Part shown: positions 34,828 through 43,564 of the stretch, in pieces
Numbering within the stretch: the stretch's first letter is position 1
How the letters are laid out: each line of letters opens with the position of its first letter
Origin: Folioceros fuciformis
Taxonomy: Eukaryota
NCBI GenBank assembly: GCA_049999805.1
Contig: JBNGIO010005849.1
Span: forward strand, 1 to 43,564
Length of the DNA: 43,564 nt
Direction of reading: 5' to 3'
Notes under the pieces: generated by a model
Database searches by the model: none
What the model was told of the DNA's origin: nothing
Seen by the model: the letters and a program-made list of their open reading frames with translations, nothing else
Made by a program: the position numbers and the translations under genes

Positions 34828-37800
34828 ATGCATTCCTTGTGCTGCATGTCCTCTGTCCAGCTGGAGACGAGGCCACCTTCTAGGGTGAGAGCATCTGAAA
34901 CGCATCATAGGATGTCCCTTGCTGTAGAAAGTAATGCTGCACCAGCTAAGGTTCAGAAGGCTGGGCCGCCTGTGAAACTTTCGCCTGCTGCTGCGATTTC
35001 GCCTCCTCAGATCAGCAACCAACACCAAACGCATCATTCCATGGCAGAGCTAAACCTCGACAGTGACGACGGCAAGTCTCCGTTGGGGACCAGCTCCCGG
35101 CCGAAGCCTGTAGACACATCCACAGGCCTCAAAATCAGCGGGGTGCCTGGGGAGGTCCTTGACACGGCGGATGCTAGATTAGTGCCCAGCTCTGGGACAA
35201 ATGTGGCAGGAATCCTGTACAAGTGGGTCAACTATGGCAAGGGCTGGAAGCGCCGTTGGTTTGTGTTGCAAGAGGGCGTTCTCGGGTACTACAAGGTACA
35301 TGGCCCGGACAAGGTGTCCGTGAACCATGAGAGACACAAAGGCCTGCGATTGATCGGTGATGAGGCACAGCGGCTGATGAAGAAGCAGAAGCAGGGTCAC
35401 GTAGATGAAAAGCGCCCCATGAAAGCATTTGGGGAGGTGCATTTGAAGGTGCGTTTCTGGGACTGTTAAAGGTATCGATGGTCTCCCTTTTTTGCACCAT
35501 GCCCTCTCAAGTCCCTCTTCTTTCTTCCAGTCATTTTTCTGATACCATCTCACGCAACAGTGTGTCTGCCCAGGTATCTTCTCTGCGCGAAAGTAAATCC
35601 GATGACAAAAAGTTTTATATTTATTCTGGGACAAAGACACTTCACCTGAGAGCAGAAACTAAAGAAGATCGAAGTGCTTGGATGGATGCTCTGCATTCGG
35701 CTAAAGACTTATTTTCGCCCTCATCAGCTATTTTTGCTATGCCCCCACACGACGAGGTTGTTATTTCTACAGACAAGCTTAGGGCTCGTTTACTTGAAGA
35801 GGGACTGAGTGAAGACGTGGTTAAGGATTGTGAGAAAATCATGTTGAACGAGTTTTCGGCGGTTGACGACCTCTTGAAAGTGCTACAGGCCAATCGTTTT
35901 GTTCTGACTGAAAGGGTGCGGCAGTTGGAGGTAAGAGTCTGAGACTTGTGCTATCTCATCGTTGACATCAACTTACAGCTTTTTGGAAGTTCAAGGGCAC
36001 GTGACTGCAACTATAGACAGCTGACAGGGTTTTCCATCTATACAGGCTGAGAAAGTGGAGCTTGAAACAACTGTGGTGGATGAAATGCAAAATCAAGCTT
36101 ACGAGGCCCAGAATGCTAGGGTCCCTGGTCTTGGTAAATGCCAAGGTAGGTGAGCCTGGACACCCATTTTCTTCACTGAAAGTTTGCAGCTCATATTAGG
36201 AGATCCAGTTTGAATTTGTGGTCCATTAGTTGTTGTGTAAGTAAGCTGCATCTCCTCCCTTGTAATGTACGAGCTGAATAGTTGATTATTGTGCTAGGTA
36301 CAAGTGAGACAGAATCTGATGATGAGAATGAGAAAGCTGGAATTGCTGATGCCGAGACAGATGAAGATGACGATGTCTTCTTCGATACTAGGGAATCTTT
36401 GGTCTCGGATTCTTTCCGTGGGTCTTCGGCTACCCTGCGCTCCGTATCATCTGAGTGGGGCGGGGAAGGTTCAGATGGTCTATACTCTCCGGGTCCAAAG
36501 GGTCGGGAAGTTGGTATGGACCTTGTTGGCTTTGACTACCCTGCCGTGAGAAGGAGAACTAAACTTCCTGACCCGAAAGAGAAAGAGAAGGGTGTTAGTT
36601 TATGGTCCATGATCAAAGATAACATTGGGAAGGACCTTACAAAAGTCTGTCTCCCTGTTTACTTCAATGAGCCTCTGTCATCATTGCAAAGGTGCTTTGA
36701 AGATTTGGAGTATTCTTTCTTGCTTGACAGAGCTTACGAATGGGGAAAAAGGGTAAGCAGCCTTGGTTCTCGTTTGAGGAAGTGGTCTTTTAGGGTGAAC
36801 TGGTCTGACAAGGTCAAGGAGAAGGCAGCTTACCTTTGTAGGAACTAAGTTTGTAGGTCTGTAGAAAATCCACAATTTTTTGTCTAATACTTTGATTCTA
36901 CAAAAAGTCCACAATTATCTGTCTAATATGATTCTTGTATTTACCTTGTGCCATGGAGTGACAGGGAAACGGTCTTCTAAGGATTTTGAATGTAGCAGCT
37001 TTTGCTGTATCTGGATATGCATCCACCGAAGCGCGGACTTGCAAACCATTTAACCCTCTTCTGGGTGAAACATACGAGGCAAGCTATCAAGATAAAGGGC
37101 TTCGGTTTTTTTCTGAGAAGGTGAATCCTGGCCGCTCCAAATGCAGGTCTAGCTGCAGGATTGTCTCATGTTCAACCTTGGTAAGTGCAAACTGGTGCCA
37201 CACTTGTCTTGGCTGACGTGAGCTGTTCCTTCACCCAGGTCAGTCATCATCCGATGGTAGTTGCATGTCACTGTGAGGGTCGAGGATGGAAGTTCTGGGG
37301 AGACAGTACTCTGAAGAGCAAATTTTGGGGTCGATCGATTCAATTGGACCCAGTTGGCACACTCACTCTTGAATTTAGTGACGGTGAAGTTTTTCAGTGG
37401 AGCAAGGTGCGAAGGATTGTTCTTCGTCGTGCACTACCCATAGTCTTGGTTGATGTTCTGTGGAGTGTAATGAACTGTAGGTGTAAAACCGATGCTGGCC
37501 ATTGTTGACAGGTCACAACATCAATATACAACCTCATACTGGGGAAACTTTACTGTGACCATTACGGTACTATGCGGATTCAAGGGAATAGAGACTACTC
37601 CTGTAAGCTGAAGTTCAAGGAGCAGTCGCTCATAGATCGCAATCCCCATCAGGTACACCCTCAACTGTTTCTGAGGCGATTATTGCAAGCCCACCCTGAT
37701 GCGTGGGAGACTGCGTTTTCCTGCGTTATAATCATCCGGTGGCATGCCTTGTGAACCAGGTGCAAGGGTATGTTCATGATAAAACCGGAGAGAGAGCTGC

Positions 37801-38470
37801 CACCTTGATTGGAAAGTGGGACGAGGGTATGTCTTACGTGATTGGTGATTTGGCGACCAGGCCAAAAAACTATGATCCTATGACAGAGGCAGAGACGCTG
37901 TGGCGAAAAAACCCACCACCAGAGAATCCTACACGCTATGGACTAACAGCATTTGCTATAACGCTGAATGAACTGACAAATGGATTGAAGGTAAGGCCAT
38001 GGCATATTTACGCACGCTCATTCTTTTGGAAGGGCCTCTTCTCTCCGGACTTCTGATCATGGGCCACCAATTTCCGGACAGGAGAAACTGCCACCAACGG
38101 ATTCTCGGCTGAGACCTGATCAGCGACACTTGGAGAATGGAGAGTACGAGGAGGCATTTGCGGAAAAGCTGCGCTTAGAACAAAGGCAACGGCAGGTACA
38201 GTTGTCCTTAAGTGTGGCTTAGCTGGCAATTGATTCCCTGGAAAGTAGTCTGACAATGTCTTAATAAACTGCTCCGCGTAATCCCAGGCTAGAAAACTAC
38301 AGGAAACGGGGTGGCAGCCACAGTGGTTCCGCAAAGACAACGAGAAGGACCAATACCTGTACAGGGGAGGTTATTGGGAGGCAAGAAAACAACGTCAGTG
38401 GACTAACTGCCCTGACATTTTTGGACCAAACTTGCCTGACGTGTCGGCAGCTCCAGTCGCAGCTGGATGA
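34828..38470 (+). CDS. ORP1: Oxysterol-binding protein-related protein with PH domain (plant ORP1/ORP2 subfamily), 10 coding exons
   Basis: Exons 34828-35448, 35574-35930, 36046-36145, 36298-36752, 36965-37120, 37239-37406, 37512-37652, 37760-37990, 38082-38195 and 38288-38470, all GT-AG. PH domain [29 protein letters not shown]-like [53 protein letters not shown]; signature [20 protein letters not shown]. The N-terminus MHSLCC resembles plant ORP1 starts. Confidence 0.96.
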
Positions 38471-39150
38471 TTTATCTCCAGCAATTGGCTGGGCATCGCT
38501 GGTGTAGGTAGCAGTCTTAGAGGAGGCGGTGCTACGCACTGCCCTGCCTGTTGTGACTTCACAACATGGCATGTTCTTTGTGCCTTGGCTCTCTCTTCAC
38601 GAGAAGTGGTCTGGTATGTGGGCCACACTTAATTAGTACGTGAAGAGCCTCTCAAAGCCTTCAATTGTTCGTCACCACCTGTCAGAAAGCGGGTGACCGA
38701 CATACATACATATATATGTACATAAGTTTGTTTGGAGTGCAACACATAGCCGTGGCAAGATGCGGGATATCGGATGAGGACCGGGGATCAGCTTTTTGGC
38801 CTGGCCACGTCCGGCCGCCAGCTTTGTGACGGCCAACGTGAGGAATATCTACAGTTGTAGGAAGCTCGTTTGATTGTTAACCGGAAATGCAACAATTTTC
38901 TGCCCGCCCACGTACGCTACCAGTCTTTCGGCAACAAGCGTAGCAAACGCGTGTCCCCAGCTGGTTTTGGGGGCGTCTCCGACTTATGCATAGGCTGGGC
39001 TCGATATCAGGAATGTTGGTTGCGTGTGGCTGTGAATTCCACCTCTGCTCACCATCGGCGTCGTCTAGCCAAGGCTTGCCCTGTATTGAACGCTGTGAGC
39101 AGCAGGAGCTGCGAGGTTGAGCCGCTCGGGATGGCAGGAGAGTGAAGGAC

Positions 39151-42100
39151 ATGGAGGGCCCAGGGTGTTGGAGTACGGTTCTTCGTAGTCACGCAGGTGG
39201 GGTGCTGTTGCAATTGGAAAGCCATAAGCTTGGCGGACATGTCAGTCATGGGGACGTGTGGGCAGTTGCATTGGGTGTCTGTCGGATGCGCCCGCACGGA
39301 AGACAACGATTCTCTTACTGGGCGGGCTGGGATACAAGTCTTCTCGGCCTCTCGGGGCTGACTTCAGGACGTAGGGCGAGGCAAAAGCCTCGATGCTCCG
39401 GTAAGGGAAAGGGAATTTCGTGAGCAGGATTTCCTCTTTGGTACGTGTGTTGCGGAGCTGACCAGGGACCAGGGGCGGTACATGTGCAGGAACGGACTGG
39501 AAGAGCGCCGGGCAGTTTGTCAGTGACAAATTCTGGGATTTGAGGACTAAAGGGTTTTGGGAGGGAGCGCCGATCCCGTTCGGAGGATTGAGCTTAGTGA
39601 GTAGACAGCCTGACGCTGAGGTGCAGTTTGATTGGTTGGAGACGGAGTTGTACTTTCCCAAGGAGCAGGCCGTGGATGCGAGGACTACGCGAGGGGACTT
39701 GTCGCCAGCTGCAATCAACGTCATCGAACAATTTAGCAGGCAAGTAAGGGTCCACGTTCCTGCTTGGTATGGGATGTTGTGGGCTCAATGCTTGTCTCCC
39801 TTGAGAAGAGATTAAGCTTGAAGGGTGTTTCTCCAGTGTTTTGATTGTAGGCTGTGGGACACCTTTCCAGGATGAATGGGTTGACAGGGAAGAAGATGAG
39901 GGCCAACTTTGAGGCTATTGCTCCGGTTGGCATTCAGAATGATGCACGGAATTTGGTGGAGTTCTGTTGCTTCAGATACCTAGTGAGGAGTGGAATTGAA
40001 TTTCATCCTGGGATGAAGGTTAGCCTGTCACTGCTTTCACCCACTTTCTGCCTCAGGTTTTCTGAGCCTCAACCTGCTTTGCTTTGCATGGTGTGCGGAC
40101 GGTGCCCGTAGAGGCGAAACCAGGATGGTTCGTTGCAGCGTTTCTGACCTCTGTCATGGTCTGCCAGGACGCTGCATTCCGCCGGCTTACATTCACAGCG
40201 ATGCTGGCTTGGCAGCGTCCTTACCAAGAAGATACGATTCATGATGGTCAGCGGAGCAGTTTACCCGTATGTGTAATCACAGCCTGGGGTGCTAAGACTG
40301 GATTCCAGTTGGCTTGGCTTCATTGTTGATGAAGTTCCACCTGACTTGTGTGTGACAGAGAAAGGGGCTTGTAGCAGAAGATGCGTTTGTTCGAATTGCG
40401 CCAGCCATTGCAGGCGCTGCGGATAGACCAACAGCCCATCACTTGTTCCACGCACTCGTGCAAGATCAAGAAGGGCTCGTTTTGGATGTCTGGGACAAGT
40501 ATTTGTCAGAGTTGCAGGCGTAAGGCTGCCTGCCCAACCTCCTGTATGTGCTGCTTTTGAGGACAGGTTCCCTTAGGAAGCAAATTGGTTTGACGATGCA
40601 GGTACTGAGGCTAACATCGGCGTGCAGAGTGCATGAAGAACGGGAAGCCCATCGACAACAGGAAAGTGCCACTTTAGGATTGGTGGCTGGTGAATGCGTG
40701 ATATGTGTTGGAGCTAGCAGGAGACAACCTGTGCAGATGTGGAGCAAGAATCTAGCCTGGCCTGGCAGATTGACTTTGACTGACCGAGCCCTGTACTTTG
40801 AGGTCCTACGCTTTTCTTTTCACCGTGTGTCAGCTGTGGTTGGAAAAGACGGTGCTCGTAGTTTTAGCGAGATGTTGAAGCACACTGCACTCAGCTCAAC
40901 GTTCTCCATCGCAGGGTAATGCATTGACTGGTCACAGCAAGCCCATCAAGGTAGATCTTACAGGGGAGTCTGCAAGAGTTGAATTGAAGAAGGTCGGCCC
41001 ATTCGGTGCAGGACTTTTTGATTCGGCCATTTCAGTCTTCGCCAGTGAAGGGTAATGGATCTGTCTTGTTTGTGTGGACCGTTGGCACTGCTCTATGGCA
41101 CAGTCGGTCAGCTTCATCTGTGTTGTGCTGTGCATTTGCTTCAGATCTGAGCCCTGGGTAGTGGAGTTTGTCGACTTTGGAGGAGAAAAGCGGCGGGATG
41201 TCTGGTTTGCAGTTCTTAACGAGATCATCGCTGTTCATTCCTTCATTCGTGAATATGGCCCGAAGATGGATGATCCTTCGATGCACTCCGTATATGGGTC
41301 AAGGAATGGACGGAGGAAGGCCCTGAGGAGTGGGGTTGAGGGCATTGCTAGACTGCAAGCAGTGCAGTCAACCATAGGAAAAGTCCCTACGTATCCAGAA
41401 CGGTTGCTGCAATTTTCTTACATGTCTAGTGCCCCTGGTGGTGATATCGTGTGCCAGGCTTTGGCTGTTGGGTTCTGGGCAGGGCGGGTAGAAGGAAAAC
41501 GAAAAGTAGCGGATAATGCGTCTCAAAATGCTCAAGAGAATAGTGCAGAAGATACATCTGCAATTGGCCCTCCTATTATCAATGTCGATGGCAATGTTTA
41601 CCTCAGGAAATGGATGACATCACCTTCCTGGTCGACGAGCAAGTCTATTGCCTTCTGGAAGAGCAGAGGGACTAGGGGTCTAGTATTCGGGAAAAACCAT
41701 GTGGTCGGAGGCCTGACAAGCTTAGAACGGGCTGTCGAAACTTGCAGGGAGCAAAGCCGAGCCGTCGAGAGGACCAAAGCAACAGTAGATGGAGCACTCC
41801 TCAAGGGCATTCCGGACAACATAGACCTTCTCAAGGCAAGTATATATCATACGGAGCTTCCCCTGCTCAAATGCAACTAAAGGCTGCCGTCAGTCAGGTG
41901 TTTACGTGTCCATTTTGTGCAGGAACTTCTGAATCCCTTTGTCATCATCGGAGAGTACTTTCAAAAGCTGAAGCGGTGGGAAGATCCACCGGCGACAGGT
42001 TTTTTCCTCGTGACCGTCATGGTGCTCCTGTACAGGTGACAGACCTCAATCCCAGCCCCCTGTTACTTGTCAATAAGCTGTGTTTTACATGTAGCTCTGC

Positions 42101-42825
42101 GATGCTAAGGATGCGTTGCCTTTGACTTCCAGGAACTGGTTTCGTTTCGTCTTCCCGACTATGCTGCTGGTAAGTGCCGCAATGATCTTTGGCGTCCGGG
42201 GTATGAAAGCCCGTGGACGACTGGGCCAGGACTTCGGCAAGGTGACAATTCTGGAGCAACCTCAGTCCAACACCATCCAACAGATCATGGCACTCAAGGA
42301 CGCCCTTTCGTCTCTTGAGCACTTTCTCCAGGGCGTCAACATCGGTCTCCTCAAGTGCAGAACCTTGGGCATCTCTGGGCAACCGCAGGTGATTGAGCAG
42401 ACTCCAGACCTGCTGGCCTCCACTCCCAATTCAAGAAGCACATTCTCATACCCCGCTTACTAACATTTATTTTCTTCTGTTGCCCCTCCCATCAGGCAAC
42501 AAACGTGGTCGTCCTGGGCCTTGTGGGGCTGAGCTTGACCCTCTTCCTGGTTCCATTCAGGCTATTGTTTGCCGCGTTCCTCCTGGACCAGTTCACCAAC
42601 GAGTTGGAATTCCGAAGGGAAAACGTGCGGAAGACTCTGAAAATGGTCGCAGACTGGTGGGCAACCATCCCGGCCTCCCCAGTGCTGGTTGTCCCGCGTC
42701 CCAAACCTGAGGGTGGGACTCTCAGCCTTCCTTCGCCGCCCGTAACTGGATCTCCCTCTGCACCAGCAGCGACCAGCGACGCTGTCGTACAGGCTCTTCG
42801 GGAGTGGCTCGGTGACGAATTGTAA
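39151..42825 (+). CDS. Plant DUF639 family protein with C-terminal hydrophobic segments, 11 coding exons, possible N-terminal transit peptide
   Basis: Exons 39151-39400, 39490-39739, 39871-40018, 40168-40266, 40359-40519, 40628-40802, 40915-41051, 41144-41835, 41923-42035, 42133-42388 and 42496-42825, phases compatible. Motifs ARNLVEFCCFRYL, FRRLTFTAMLAWQRP, EDAFVRIAPAI, AWPGRLTLTDRALYFE, GPFGAGLFDSA, TKATVDGALLKGIPDNIDLLKELL, WWATIPASPV. Start exon less certain. Confidence 0.88.
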
Positions 42826-43429
42826 AACATAGACTCTCACCTGGTCTGCAGGTATGCGTCTGGCTTGTACATACCATGCAACAGAGATATCATCAGCATT
42901 CACAGAGCCAACAGCACCCTTTTGGAATGCTACGCCTGCCATTACTGGCCGGTCGTGTGTCTCTCGCCCCGAGGCGTTTTGAGTACAACAAGATAGGCGG
43001 ACAAGACTCTCAGCTGCCTCAGACTAACGGCCTGCAATGGAGATCGGGGCAGGACGTAGCATCGCTCCCTCGAGCCGAGGAGGAGTACGATAACACAGAT
43101 GTGGAGCCGCCGCACGCGACCTGGAGAGCTGGGGCGGGAGGCGAACAGCGTCGGCAACGCGTCGGGCAGTCTTCCCACGTGTAGAGGAAAACGCCATGGT
43201 CCACGCTGTCGGCAATCTGGTCCCGTCATGATGCCCAATTCAATCCCGCATACACCACCGAAGCGCAGAGTCTGCGGTTCGCGGGCATTCAGTGCGCATC
43301 CACTGTGAATACTACTGGCCAGATGGATGACGCTGCGGCCTGCGCCTGTGCCTGTCCATGTGCGCGTGCTTGGACCCAATCAAAGCCAGCCCTTGTGCGC
43401 TCCGCAATGTACCTGTTACTTATATAGTG

Positions 43430-43451
43430 GCAGCAGCAGCAGCAGCAGCAG
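43430..43451. repeat. (CAG/AGC)7 microsatellite
   Basis: gcagcagcagcagcagcagcag. Confidence 0.9.
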
Positions 43452-43564
43452 TTGCGCAAATCGCAGCACTTCTTTCATCCCGCGTGGAGGCTGCAAGAAG
43501 CGGGGTTCCGCATTGCAAGAAAGGGAGGGAGGAGGGAGGTGAGCTGGGACGAGTTGGGTTGGGT

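Overview
Eukaryotic, land-plant-type genomic DNA with GT/GC-AG spliceosomal introns of mostly ~100-150 bp, plant gene families and plant retroelements. A non-seed plant such as a hornwort, moss or lycophyte is my guess, not something the sequence proves. Left part (1-13.6 kb): a near-complete Ty1/copia element with its 3' LTR, remnants of a chromodomain Ty3/gypsy element, low-complexity repeats and an unidentified decayed coding region. Host genes: an apparently intronless, GC-rich full-size ABCB transporter (+), a short cyclin T-like gene (-), a PH-domain oxysterol-binding protein gene (+) and a DUF639 gene (+) with probable GC-AG introns. The most unusual object is a second, ~7.5 kb copia element (25742-33250). 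It has short LTR-like repeats that start TA rather than TG, an extra sense ORF before gag, and a promoter-bearing antisense ORF after pol. It also contains a nested restriction-like-endonuclease non-LTR fragment, a nested solo-LTR with a tandemly duplicated tRNA-iMet PBS, and an RNase H deletion filled with templated repeats. There are three N gaps (18600-18699, 20429-20438, 24648-25047). All family assignments are by motif recognition; no searches were run.
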